From an uncultured Flavobacteriales bacterium (GTDB lineage Bacteria; Bacteroidota; Bacteroidia; Flavobacteriales_D; Parvicellaceae), in NCBI GenBank assembly GCA_905480225.1, contig CAJQPO010000036.1, positions 4,423-68,422 on the forward strand: a stretch of 64,000 nt of DNA, read 5' to 3'. How positions within the stretch are numbered: the stretch's first letter is position 1; each line of letters begins with the position of its first letter. Both the position numbers and the translations under genes were made by a program. Shown here piece after piece: positions 49,727 to 59,748 of the stretch. Below the pieces are notes generated by a model that searched no databases, was not told where the DNA came from, and worked only from the letters and a program-made list of their open reading frames with translations.

Positions 49727-52700
49727 ATGAAACTTACAATACTCATTCTATTCGCGTTAACTTACTCGGGTCTTCTCAAGGCGGCTAATTATTATGTTAA
49801 CGACAATTCTACCATTGCTGATGTTTACACATCGGCCGTAGGTAATAATGGCAATCCTGGTAGTGCAAGTTTGCCTTTTGCCACACTTGATTACGCAATA
49901 AGCACGGTCGGTTTGATTGCTGGTGACACCGTGTTTATAGATGTAGGTTATTTTTATCAAACGGATGCGAACCTTAATTTAAATGTGAGCAATATTGCCA
50001 TTATTGGAGCAGGAAGCTCATTGACAACTTTTGATAACGACCAAGGCAGCATAGATGCTAACAAGTGGGCCAATATCACCGCCAACGACATTACCATTCA
50101 AGGAATAAAAATCACTGGGTACAATTATGGATTTGGAGGAGCAAGTGCCCTGAATATTTCAGGCGCTATCGGAATACAAATAATCGATGTACTTGCCGAC
50201 GAGAATAAACCAGGCGGGGGAGCAAGCTCCATTGTTGTAAGCGGTGGGTCTCAAGTAGATTTCTTGTACGGTGGATCAAATTGTAATACGGCATTATCGG
50301 TTGCTGGAGGAGGTGTGAATGTAGAAGGCAATGGGAATTTAGTATCATTCAGTCACTACTCATTTTCGAATAACTCCAAAGATTGGCAAGGAGGTTCTGG
50401 CCTCTACATTTCCGGAGACAATACAACGACCGTAACAGTTATTAGCTCCATTTTTGCAGACAACAGAAATGGCAGCTCGACTGGTGGATCTGCCATTTAT
50501 CTTGCTGGATCTAATCTTTTCATTGACAGCTCTTGCTTTAGCAACAATACTTATTCTTACTCGGGCGGCCCAGCTTATGGTGGAGCAATTTCTGTCGGGA
50601 GAGGCGCTTCACTGGCACTTACCAATTGTACATTTTCCGGGAATTCCTGTTCCTCAAGTGGAAAAGGAGGGGCAATCGCAATCAATACTAGCTTTTCTGG
50701 CTCTGGCTCAGCATCTGTTGTGAACATAGACACTTGCGCCTTTTCTAGCAACTCTGCAAGTAGCGAAGGCAACGATTTGTACGCAAGAGTTGGCTCTGGA
50801 AACCCCGCCACATTTAACATCAATGAATGTTCTTTTTCAGGCACTGCACTCGACATAAGAGAAGACAACACAGCTTCAGTTAACATTCAAAATTCAGGAA
50901 CTCCTTCGGCGACAGGCGCAGGAATTAATGTCATCAACACTACTTCGATGACCGCTATGGTTGCCACCAATTGCCCAATACAGGTTGGTTCTTGTTACAC
51001 GATAGTCTGCACGCCACCATTAGCGCTGACCTTATCAGCAACTCCCAATCCTATATGCGAAGGCGACAGTTCAGTTATATCCATCAGTGGCACTCAGACA
51101 GGTATTTCCTACCAATTAAGGGACGATGGGAATGATACTTTGATTGGTCCAGCAATAAATGGGACAGGAGGCACAATTAATTTCTACACTGGACCTTTAG
51201 CATCTACTATGAGTTACAATGTGCTTGCTACAGAACTCGCGCTATTAACTTGTCAAACAGAACTAGGGCCGATTACTATTACGGTGCACGAAAATCCCAC
51301 CTTAAACCCCGGGAATTCAACGTCAATTTGCGAAGGTGATTCGATTACTCTTGGCGATACCCCAACCGCTTCGGGGGGCATTGGTGGTTATTCTTACAGT
51401 TGGTTCCCATCTCTAGAAATTGACGATTTCAGCATTGCGAATCCAATTGCATTTCCTTCAACTGATACTTGGTTTTTTATTACTGTTACTTCAGGAGCTT
51501 GCACAAATATAGACTCGGTTGAAATTACCCTCTCCCCGCTTCCGATAGCTGATGCAGGAATTTCAACTACAAACTTGTGTGAAGGAGATACCGTATCTGT
51601 TGGAGGTGCTCCAACTGGAACTGGTGGAACAGGAACCCTAACATATACTTGGTTCCCTAATATAAGCATCGACAATAATTCTTTTTCAAATCCCAATATT
51701 TGGCCATCGAACAGTGCCACCTACATTGTGCAAGTGCAAGACGCTAATATGTGCACGGCTAATGACACGATACAAATCACTGTTAACCCAAATCCGTTAG
51801 CAGATGCTGGAAACGCTTCTGAGACAATTTGCGAAGGGGATACAATTTTTATTGGTGGTTCTCCTGCTGGTTCTGGAGGTTCAGGAACTTTGAATTACTC
51901 TTGGTCTCCTGTTTTCGATATTAGCGAGGACACCGTTGCCAACCCTAACGTCTTCCCCACTTCCAACACAACATACATTTTAACTGTGTCCGACTTAAAT
52001 AATTGTGAAGCAACAGATAGCGTTGTCGTTTCTATTGGAACCAATCCTCTAGCAGATGCCGGCAATGCAATTGGAACTCTTTGTGAGGGCGATACGATTT
52101 CAATAGGAGGTTCGCCTAGTGGTGCTGGCGGTACTGGATCATTAACCTTTTCATGGGCACCAAATTCTGACATCAGTAATGACGGTATTGCCAATCCAGC
52201 TGTCTATCCGTCTGTTACAACAGATTACATTCTGTCAGTCACGGATTCGTTAGGTTGTCAAATGCAAGATACGGTTACAATTCCAGTAAGTTCATCACCC
52301 ATTGCATTAGCAACTAGCTCAAGTAATCGTATGTGTTTTGGAGACTCCATACTATTATCAGCATCGGGTTCTTCTGGGGGAACCGGAGCGCTCAACTATC
52401 TTTGGCAACCGAACACCTTTTTAAGCGATTCTATCAATATTGATGTTGACGCTTCGCCATCTAGCACTACAATGTATGTTCTTACAGTAACTGACAGCAA
52501 TTTATGCTCGCAAAATGATTCTATACTTATTACTGTCAATGCGCTACCATCAATTGACATTAGTGCAGCAGTAAGCGCTCCCGATACCTGCGGACAAACA
52601 CTTGGGAATATAACTGGAGTTGTCATTTCTAGTAGTGGCGGATCACTGATATACGATTGGAGCGATGGCGTTACATCCGTTGGAAGCTCCCTCGACTTGT

Positions 52701-54589
52701 TTAATGTTCCACCAGGCAATTATTCACTTCATGTAACTGACAGTTTAGGCTGTTCTTCAGGTGCAGGTCCTTTTAGTGTTTTAGAAGTTGTGGGGCCATC
52801 AATAGATGTCTCAGGTATTATTTTAGCTCTGGATACATGTGGGGTAGGAAATGGCTCAATAACGGGGGCTACTGTATCAGGAGGAACAATGCCTTATTCC
52901 TTTTCTTGGAATGATGGATCTTCAATCATTGACAGTGTTATCAATTTAACCGGAGTATCTTCTGGATCATACACCTTATTGGTTACTGACAGTCTTGGTT
53001 GTTCAGCGTTGGCTGGGCCGTTTTTGATATCAACAATCAATGGGCCGGTATTGGACTCCTCATTGTTATCTGTATCTGATGCTAATTGTGGACAATCAGA
53101 TGGTTTCATTACTGGCATTGTTGCATTAGGCGGCACTGGTTCAACATCTTATTCTTGGTCTAATGGTTCAACAATCGTTGGCACACTTCCAGATTTATCC
53201 GGAGTTCCCACGGGAACCTACATACTGACCATTTCAGATTCCGCAGGGTGCATTTCCACAAGCTCTCCGATTACATTAGGGGATTTGAATGGCCCACTCG
53301 TTGATAGCGGTTCAGTCATGATTGATCTTTCATCTTGTGGCGGGTCAGACGGTAATGTTATTGGGCTATTGGTTTCAGGAGGAACCCTTCCGTATACCTA
53401 CGCATGGGACGATGGAGTCAGTACAGTTGGTACAGATTTAAACCTTTTAAATGTTGGGCTAGGAAACTATTCGTTTGTCGTTACCGATTCTAATGGATGC
53501 TCATCCGGTTCTGGACCTTACATTATTTCAGAATTTGGGGCTCCAATAATCGATGCTTCACTTATCAATACTATTTCGGAAACCTGTGATAGTGCAAATG
53601 GAAGCATTAGTGGTATTGCAATAACGGGAGGAACTGCACCGTTCACATTTGAATGGTCAGATGGAACGAGCATCATTGACAGCTTTCTAATTCCTACAAA
53701 TTTAATCGATGGGAATTACTTTTTAACCATTATAGATAGTAATAATTGCTCCGCTACTTATGGGCCTGTAACCATTGAAAATATACCCGGACCAATTATT
53801 GATAGCACTGGATTAATCTCTTCAAATAGTACATGTAATTTACCTAATGGATCCATATCAGGTCTGGTTGTTACCCCTGTATCTATACTCGATTTATCGT
53901 GGAATAATGGTGATACTACACTTTCCATCTCTAACCTTTCTGCCGGGACCTACACCCTTGTTGTAACAGACACCAACGGTTGTGAAACTGTAGCATCTAT
54001 TTCAATAGGTTCTCTAGCTATAGGGCTAGTTGATGGGGTAGACGATTACGAATCCACACTTATCAATACTCCAATTACCATTGTTTCCAGCACCAATGAT
54101 ATAGGCGATTTTAGTACTATTTCAATTTTAACGGGCCCAACAAACGGCACCGCCATCGATAATGGCTCAGGTAATATGCAGTACTTCCCCAGCACCAATT
54201 TTGTAGGAACCGATATAATTATTTACACCATCTGCGATTCTTTGTGTGCCGACATTTGTGATACTGCGACGATTTACATTACAATTGAAGAAGAGGTTAT
54301 TCTAAATATTCCAAATGGGTTTTCACCTAATGGCGATGGCATCAATGACGCTTTTTACATCGAAGGATTAGAAAACTATCCAAATAACGATATTATTATA
54401 TTTAACCGTTGGGGAGATGAAGTTTTTTCAGCTCAACCTTATGACAATAATTGGGAAGGTAGAACGACCAATAATACCTTAAAAATCAGCGGGGATGTGG
54501 TAGTGGATGGCACCTACTACTTTGTGCTTAATCTAAACCAAGTCGGGGAAAATCCTAAAAATGGCTTTATCGAATTAAGGAGGAATTAA
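49727..54589 (+). CDS. Giant cell-surface adhesin-like protein with type B T9SS (gliding motility-associated, CHU_C-type) C-terminal domain
   Basis: Signal peptide; Pmp-like FxxN/GGAI beta-helix repeats; 6 CEGD-type Ig-like repeats; 6 SprB-type repeats. The C-terminus IPNGFSPNGDGINDAFYIEGLENYPNN..IFNRWGDEVF...DGTYYFVL is the type B CTD signature. Confidence 0.85.
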   Translation: MKLTILILFALTYSGLLKAANYYVNDNSTIADVYTSAVGNNGNPGSASLPFATLDYAISTVGLIAGDTVFIDVGYFYQTDANLNLNVSNIAIIGAGSSLTTFDNDQGSIDANKWANITANDITIQGIKITGYNYGFGGASALNISGAIGIQIIDVLADENKPGGGASSIVVSGGSQVDFLYGGSNCNTALSVAGGGVNVEGNGNLVSFSHYSFSNNSKDWQGGSGLYISGDNTTTVTVISSIFADNRNGSSTGGSAIYLAGSNLFIDSSCFSNNTYSYSGGPAYGGAISVGRGASLALTNCTFSGNSCSSSGKGGAIAINTSFSGSGSASVVNIDTCAFSSNSASSEGNDLYARVGSGNPATFNINECSFSGTALDIREDNTASVNIQNSGTPSATGAGINVINTTSMTAMVATNCPIQVGSCYTIVCTPPLALTLSATPNPICEGDSSVISISGTQTGISYQLRDDGNDTLIGPAINGTGGTINFYTGPLASTMSYNVLATELALLTCQTELGPITITVHENPTLNPGNSTSICEGDSITLGDTPTASGGIGGYSYSWFPSLEIDDFSIANPIAFPSTDTWFFITVTSGACTNIDSVEITLSPLPIADAGISTTNLCEGDTVSVGGAPTGTGGTGTLTYTWFPNISIDNNSFSNPNIWPSNSATYIVQVQDANMCTANDTIQITVNPNPLADAGNASETICEGDTIFIGGSPAGSGGSGTLNYSWSPVFDISEDTVANPNVFPTSNTTYILTVSDLNNCEATDSVVVSIGTNPLADAGNAIGTLCEGDTISIGGSPSGAGGTGSLTFSWAPNSDISNDGIANPAVYPSVTTDYILSVTDSLGCQMQDTVTIPVSSSPIALATSSSNRMCFGDSILLSASGSSGGTGALNYLWQPNTFLSDSINIDVDASPSSTTMYVLTVTDSNLCSQNDSILITVNALPSIDISAAVSAPDTCGQTLGNITGVVISSSGGSLIYDWSDGVTSVGSSLDLFNVPPGNYSLHVTDSLGCSSGAGPFSVLEVVGPSIDVSGIILALDTCGVGNGSITGATVSGGTMPYSFSWNDGSSIIDSVINLTGVSSGSYTLLVTDSLGCSALAGPFLISTINGPVLDSSLLSVSDANCGQSDGFITGIVALGGTGSTSYSWSNGSTIVGTLPDLSGVPTGTYILTISDSAGCISTSSPITLGDLNGPLVDSGSVMIDLSSCGGSDGNVIGLLVSGGTLPYTYAWDDGVSTVGTDLNLLNVGLGNYSFVVTDSNGCSSGSGPYIISEFGAPIIDASLINTISETCDSANGSISGIAITGGTAPFTFEWSDGTSIIDSFLIPTNLIDGNYFLTIIDSNNCSATYGPVTIENIPGPIIDSTGLISSNSTCNLPNGSISGLVVTPVSILDLSWNNGDTTLSISNLSAGTYTLVVTDTNGCETVASISIGSLAIGLVDGVDDYESTLINTPITIVSSTNDIGDFSTISILTGPTNGTAIDNGSGNMQYFPSTNFVGTDIIIYTICDSLCADICDTATIYITIEEEVILNIPNGFSPNGDGINDAFYIEGLENYPNNDIIIFNRWGDEVFSAQPYDNNWEGRTTNNTLKISGDVVVDGTYYFVLNLNQVGENPKNGFIELRRN
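51011..52540 (+). repeat. Six tandem ~80-aa Ig-like repeats inside the adhesin gene
   Basis: Recurring C(E/F)GD(S/T)...GG(S/T)G.L.Y.W.P...I.NP...P......Y...V.D.N.C...D...I.V units (PICEGDSS, SICEGDSI, NLCEGDTV, TICEGDTI, TLCEGDTI, RMCFGDSI). Confidence 0.7.
52541..54010 (+). repeat. Six tandem SprB-type repeats inside the adhesin gene
   Basis: Recurring ..C....G.I.G....GG..PY...W.DG.......L..V..G.Y...VTDS.GC units (DTCGQTLGNITG, DTCGVGNGSITG, ANCGQSDGFITG, SSCGGSDGNVIG, ETCDSANGSISG, STCNLPNGSISG). Confidence 0.7.
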
Positions 54590-54590
54590 C

Positions 54591-55526
54591 ATGAAAAAAC
54601 TACTTTGTTTCTTGTTCTTGAATGTATTCTTCTCCCTTTCTATGGTATCTCAAAATCAATACCACCTGAGTCAATTCATGATGCACCAACCCTTTATTAA
54701 TCCAGCTGCACAAGGAAGCTATAACAACCTTAATGGAGCTGTTTTTTATAAAACTCAGTGGACCAATTTTGCGGGTGCGCCAGAAATAGCAGGTTTCAAT
54801 ATTAACGGACCGTTAGGTCAGGCACAGAAGAGTTCATTAGGCTTAACCATGGTTAAAGATAAAATCGGAATCAACAATAATTACGATGTTTCTGGTAACT
54901 ACAGCTACAGATTGAAAACTGGTGAGAAGAACTATCTTGTACTTGGAGTTGGTGCCAGCTTAATGATGATGCAAAGCAATACATCTGAAATCCATACAAT
55001 TATGGCCAGTGACCCTGTGTTTTCAGGAAACACAAAAGTGTTTTTTATGCCTAATTTTAAATTTGGTGCTTATTTCTATGCTCATCGATTCTACGCGGGA
55101 ATTACGACGCCTAACCTTTTAAAAAATCGAATAACGTTTGGAAATGAACTGCAAGGATCGACAGAATTTGACAGCAAAAACATTCACTTGTATATCCACA
55201 GTGGTTACCAGTTTATACTTAATTCAGATTTAGACCTTATGACTTCAATAATTGCCAAAAATGTTAGCGGTGCGCCTCTGCAGTTGGGAATTAATAGTCA
55301 GCTTTTGTATAAGAAGAAAATAGGATTTGGAACTGCTTACAGAACGAGCAAGGAGCTAACTCTGTTGGTCAATTACCAGATTATTCCAGAATTAAAAATG
55401 GGCTATGCTTACGACCTTAATCTGGGAACCATAGGACTGTACTCCAACGGTACACATGAAATTATGTTGATTTATAATATTGTTGCCGATAAAAAAATTC
55501 CAATTATTGAAGTCCCTAGATTTTAA
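54591..55526 (+). CDS. PorP/SprF family type IX secretion system membrane protein
   Basis: It starts 1 nt after the adhesin stop. Signal peptide, the N-terminal motif QYHLSQFMMHQPFINPAA typical of PorP/SprF, and beta-barrel-like strands. 311 aa. Confidence 0.85.
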   Translation: MKKLLCFLFLNVFFSLSMVSQNQYHLSQFMMHQPFINPAAQGSYNNLNGAVFYKTQWTNFAGAPEIAGFNINGPLGQAQKSSLGLTMVKDKIGINNNYDVSGNYSYRLKTGEKNYLVLGVGASLMMMQSNTSEIHTIMASDPVFSGNTKVFFMPNFKFGAYFYAHRFYAGITTPNLLKNRITFGNELQGSTEFDSKNIHLYIHSGYQFILNSDLDLMTSIIAKNVSGAPLQLGINSQLLYKKKIGFGTAYRTSKELTLLVNYQIIPELKMGYAYDLNLGTIGLYSNGTHEIMLIYNIVADKKIPIIEVPRF

Positions 55527-55537
55527 TTCAACTGATA

Positions 55538-57460
55538 ATGATTAAAACACTATTTCTTCTTTTTGGCATTTTTACTTTTTCAGTGATCTATGCACAGAAA
55601 AATTTGGTGTCTTTAGGCGACTTTAATTATGAGCATCATTATTTTAAAGAAGCGTTATCGAATTATTTAGAAGCATTGGAATCTGACAAAATATCAGACA
55701 AAAACCGTCTTCACGTAAAACAACAATTAGCCTACACGTATCACCATTTATTTGACTATGAAAATGCTGAAAAGCAATACCAATCGTTATCTGTTGATAC
55801 TGCCAACCACGATCATGTGGTTTTTATTAACTATGGCCATGTTTTACGCAACAATGGTAAATACGAAGAAGCGCTAGATGCATACATTGCCTTTGCTGAA
55901 AAGACAGGGAAAGCTTCAGCGGTTGACTATTACACCATGGCCTGTAATTGGGCCATCGAACATCAAGAAATGGAATCGGACTATGCCATGAGTCTAACAA
56001 ATATTGAAACTGGTGGTCGAAGTTTTGGCGTTGCGATGCTTGATAATGGCTTACTTTATTCAAAAGCCCAAACGTCTGATTTCGAAGATCACACTGTGTT
56101 TTACAATCTCTGTTTTGCTTCAAATGTAGATTCAGTGACATTCAATCCTCCCCAAATTTTAGCCGGTTCTATGAACAAAGCATTTTATGAAGGTGCACCC
56201 AGTATTTCCAGAAATCGTCAACGCTTATTTTACACAGGGAATGCATCAGAAAGGGTTGTTTTTCGCGAACGAAATAGAGAAAAAAAACACATTCAGCTGA
56301 GTAAGGAAGGCATAAATATTTTAAAAGTATTTGTGGCCGAATACTCAGATACGGGGTGGATTAACTCGTCAGAGCTTCCCTTTAACAGTTTAGAATACAG
56401 CTGCACGCACCCCTCTATTTCTGACGATAACAAAACTTTATTTTTTGTATCCAACATGCCGGGAGGTTATGGTGGTTACGACCTGTACTATTCAACAAAA
56501 ACAGACTCTAGTTGGAGCAGCCCCGTAAACCTAGGTCCACAAATAAATTCTGCTGCAGATGAAATGACACCTTTTACTTTAGGAGATTCCTTGTTCTTTT
56601 CGTCCAAGGGTAACATGGGTTTTGGTGGCTCTGATATTTTTATAGCCGTTCTTGCCGAACAAGAAGTCGTGAGTGTGAAAAATCTAGGGCATCCCTTTAA
56701 CTCTCCAAAAGATGATTTTGGTTTTGTAATTACGCAAGATCAGAAAAGAGGATACTTATCTTCCAACAGAGAAGGAACACATGGCTACGACCACATTTAT
56801 TATTTCGAAAAGAATCAACCAGAATATCCTGACACGATCAATACGCTTACCTTAAATAAAGTAACAGGGAAGCCAATTCCTGGCGTCAAGTTTACCGTTG
56901 AACCAGATATCGTCGCAAATGTTATGAAGATAAAAACCACCGGTAGCGATGGGAAACTAGAGCTTATTTTACCCAAACATATCGAATATTTAATTACATT
57001 TTACGCAAAAGGTTATGAGCCTATTGAGGTGATTGTTCCGGCTGAAAACAGGGAAGATGTCATCGCTAAATTTGGTGACTTGGAGCTCATTCCAATTGCT
57101 ACTAAAGATGTTGTTTTAGAAATAGATGAAATTTATTTCGATTATGACAAAGCCACTATCAGAGACGAATCTGAAATCGCATTGTTAAAAATAATCGAAT
57201 ATCTGAATTTCTATCCTGATATTCGCGTTGAGTTAAGCGCCCATACCGATGCTAGAGGAAGTGATTCGTACAATAAAAAGCTTTCTCAAAAAAGAGCCGA
57301 ATCTACAGTGAAATACCTAATCAATAAGGGCATTAACGTAAAACGTCTTTTACCTGTTGGTTATGGTGAAAAAAAGCTGCGGAATCGCTGCGCTAACGGA
57401 ATCAAGTGTACCGATGAAGAGCACATGTTCAATAGAAGAGTGGAATTGAAAGTACTCTAA
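55538..57460 (+). CDS. OmpA-family protein with PorE-like architecture (TPR - PD40 beta-propeller - CarboxypepD_reg-like - OmpA_C)
   Basis: N-terminal TPR-like helices and PD40-like blades (SISDDNKTLFFVSNMPGGYGGYDLYYS; LFFSSKGNMGFGGSDIFIA). A CRD-like segment (VTGKPIPGVKFTVEP...DGKLELILP). OmpA_C (ELSAHTDARGSDSYNKKLSQKRAESTVKYL). Confidence 0.8.
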   Translation: MIKTLFLLFGIFTFSVIYAQKNLVSLGDFNYEHHYFKEALSNYLEALESDKISDKNRLHVKQQLAYTYHHLFDYENAEKQYQSLSVDTANHDHVVFINYGHVLRNNGKYEEALDAYIAFAEKTGKASAVDYYTMACNWAIEHQEMESDYAMSLTNIETGGRSFGVAMLDNGLLYSKAQTSDFEDHTVFYNLCFASNVDSVTFNPPQILAGSMNKAFYEGAPSISRNRQRLFYTGNASERVVFRERNREKKHIQLSKEGINILKVFVAEYSDTGWINSSELPFNSLEYSCTHPSISDDNKTLFFVSNMPGGYGGYDLYYSTKTDSSWSSPVNLGPQINSAADEMTPFTLGDSLFFSSKGNMGFGGSDIFIAVLAEQEVVSVKNLGHPFNSPKDDFGFVITQDQKRGYLSSNREGTHGYDHIYYFEKNQPEYPDTINTLTLNKVTGKPIPGVKFTVEPDIVANVMKIKTTGSDGKLELILPKHIEYLITFYAKGYEPIEVIVPAENREDVIAKFGDLELIPIATKDVVLEIDEIYFDYDKATIRDESEIALLKIIEYLNFYPDIRVELSAHTDARGSDSYNKKLSQKRAESTVKYLINKGINVKRLLPVGYGEKKLRNRCANGIKCTDEEHMFNRRVELKVL

Positions 57461-57601
57461 CCATCCTGAAAACAACTACAAGCTGAACTGCTAAAAGTTA
57501 TCCAGTTTTTGTACATGGTCATCTCAATTATTTACGCCTTCCTTTACTTTTTCGGATTCAGAACTTTATTAATTAATTATATTTCGCTTAAATAAAATTC
57601 A

Positions 57602-59731
57602 ATGAAGCACTTAATCCCTTTCGTCGCCCTCATTCTTTTAATGAGTTGCGGTGAAAAAAATACAGAAGTAGTGAATAATTCAGTAAAAATTAAAAGCCCC
57701 GTTGCAACAATTAAACCCCATGAGATGAAGATACACGGGGACACAAGAACAGATAACTATTTCTGGATGAACGAACGGGACTCTCCTGAAGTTCTGAAGT
57801 ACTTAGAAGAAGAAAACGCCTTTACAAAAGAAAAAATGGCGCATACAGAAACCTTTCAAAAAAGTTTATTTGAAGAAATGAAAGGCCGTATTAAAGAATC
57901 TGATGAATCCGTACCGTACAAAGAAAATGGATACTTCTATATTACTCGCTATGAAGAAGGAAAAGAATATCCGATTTATACGAGAAAAAAAGGAAGTTTA
58001 GATGCTGATGAAGAAGTTTTAATTGATGCAAATAAGCTAGCAGAAGGATTAGATTTTTTTCAGGTAGCCTCTACAGAATGTAGTGGAAATAACAGCATAC
58101 TGGCCTATGCTTTTGATGATGAATCACGGAGACTTTGGAAAGTTCACTTTAAGAATTTATTGACTGGAGAATTACTTCCAGATGAATTACTAAATACAGA
58201 TGGAGGGATAGCATGGGCTAATGACAACAAAACCGTTTTTTATGCGAAAAAAGATACGATCGATTTGAGGACAGGCGAAATATGGAGACACGTTTTAGGC
58301 ACACCACAATCGGAAGACATTTTGGTCTTTGAAGAAAAAGACAATACGTTTAACACCGGTGTTTATAAAACGAAATCATCTAGGTATTTAATCATTGGTT
58401 CTACCAGCACCCTTACTTCCGAATATCAATATATTGATGCTAATAGCCCTTATGGAGACTGGTCGGTTTTTACGCCGCGAGAAAGAGGATTAGAGTATCA
58501 TGTGTCTGACTTTAATGATGAATTCTACATCCGAACAAATTGGGACGCGCAAAATTTCAAATTAATGAAGTGTGCGGATAAGAATACAAACAAAGAAAAT
58601 TGGGTCGACGTTATTCCACATCGAGATGATGTTCTTTTTGAAGGAATGGAAACCTTTCGCGACTTTATAGTTCTAGAAGAGCGAACAAAAGGATTAACAG
58701 GTATTCGGATTATCAATCAGCTTAATAAAGAAGACCATTATATCGAATTTCAGGACGAAGCGTATATAGCGATGACTAGCTACAACCCTGACTTTTCAGC
58801 GGATGTATTGCGCTATTCTTATAGCTCTTTGACAACACCCTGGTCAACTTACGACTATAATATGAATTCTCGGGAGCAAGTACTGCTGAAACAGCAGGAG
58901 GTCCTTGGAACGTTTTCCCCAGATGATTATGAATCTAAAAGGATTTACGCACCCGCATCCGACGGCAATGAAATTCCAATTTCACTTGTTTACAAAAAAG
59001 GTCTTGAACTTAATGGCACTAATCCAACCCTGCTATACGCATACGGGTCTTATGGTTACAGCACAGATCCTAGCTTTAGGTCAACACGCCTCAGTCTATT
59101 AGATCGTGGATTTGTATATGCAATTGCTCATATTCGTGGAGGAGAAGAAATGGGTAGGCAATGGTACGAAGACGGTAAGCTTCTGAAGAAAATGAACACC
59201 TTCACAGATTTTAATGATTGCGCTTCATATTTAACAAAACGGAAATACACCGATTCTAATCATTTATTTGCCATGGGTGGAAGTGCTGGAGGCCTGCTAA
59301 TAGGCGCAATAATTAACCTGCAACCGGAGCTGTATAAAGGCGTAATTGCTGCTGTACCTTTTGTGGACGTTGTAACTACGATGTTGGATGAAAGTATTCC
59401 TCTAACGACGAGTGAATACGACGAATGGGGGAATCCGAATAACAAAGAATATTATGATTATATGTTGTCGTATTCACCCTATGATCAAGTAAAAAACCAG
59501 AATTACCCAAATATGCTGGTTACTACAGGTTACCACGATAGCCAAGTGCAGTATTGGGAGCCTGCCAAATGGGTTGCAAAGCTAAGAGAAATGAAAACAG
59601 ATGATAATTTATTGCTTTTTGACTGTAATATGGAGTCTGGTCATGGCGGTGCGTCAGGTCGGTTTGAAGCACTAAAAGAAACAGCGTTAGAATATGTGTT
59701 TTTAATGGATCTTGTTGGCATCGATAAATAG
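57602..59731 (+). CDS. ptrB: Oligopeptidase B / S9A prolyl-oligopeptidase-family serine peptidase (lipoprotein signal)
   Basis: Lipobox LLMSC, beta-propeller N-terminal domain, and a catalytic domain with GGSAGGLL (nucleophile Ser), GYHDSQV (Asp) and ESGHGG (His). Confidence 0.85.
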   Translation: MKHLIPFVALILLMSCGEKNTEVVNNSVKIKSPVATIKPHEMKIHGDTRTDNYFWMNERDSPEVLKYLEEENAFTKEKMAHTETFQKSLFEEMKGRIKESDESVPYKENGYFYITRYEEGKEYPIYTRKKGSLDADEEVLIDANKLAEGLDFFQVASTECSGNNSILAYAFDDESRRLWKVHFKNLLTGELLPDELLNTDGGIAWANDNKTVFYAKKDTIDLRTGEIWRHVLGTPQSEDILVFEEKDNTFNTGVYKTKSSRYLIIGSTSTLTSEYQYIDANSPYGDWSVFTPRERGLEYHVSDFNDEFYIRTNWDAQNFKLMKCADKNTNKENWVDVIPHRDDVLFEGMETFRDFIVLEERTKGLTGIRIINQLNKEDHYIEFQDEAYIAMTSYNPDFSADVLRYSYSSLTTPWSTYDYNMNSREQVLLKQQEVLGTFSPDDYESKRIYAPASDGNEIPISLVYKKGLELNGTNPTLLYAYGSYGYSTDPSFRSTRLSLLDRGFVYAIAHIRGGEEMGRQWYEDGKLLKKMNTFTDFNDCASYLTKRKYTDSNHLFAMGGSAGGLLIGAIINLQPELYKGVIAAVPFVDVVTTMLDESIPLTTSEYDEWGNPNNKEYYDYMLSYSPYDQVKNQNYPNMLVTTGYHDSQVQYWEPAKWVAKLREMKTDDNLLLFDCNMESGHGGASGRFEALKETALEYVFLMDLVGIDK

Positions 59732-59748
59732 TCAAAAATTGTTATCCA

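Noticed and set aside
50166-53136. Series of 60-108 aa antisense and off-frame ORFs inside the adhesin gene (e.g. 50575..50886, 51394..51720, 51895..52194, 52396..52719)
   Set aside because: They lie entirely within a strongly supported 1620-aa CDS made of Gly/Ser/Thr-rich tandem repeats, which suppresses stop codons in other frames. They show no start context, signal or motif of their own.
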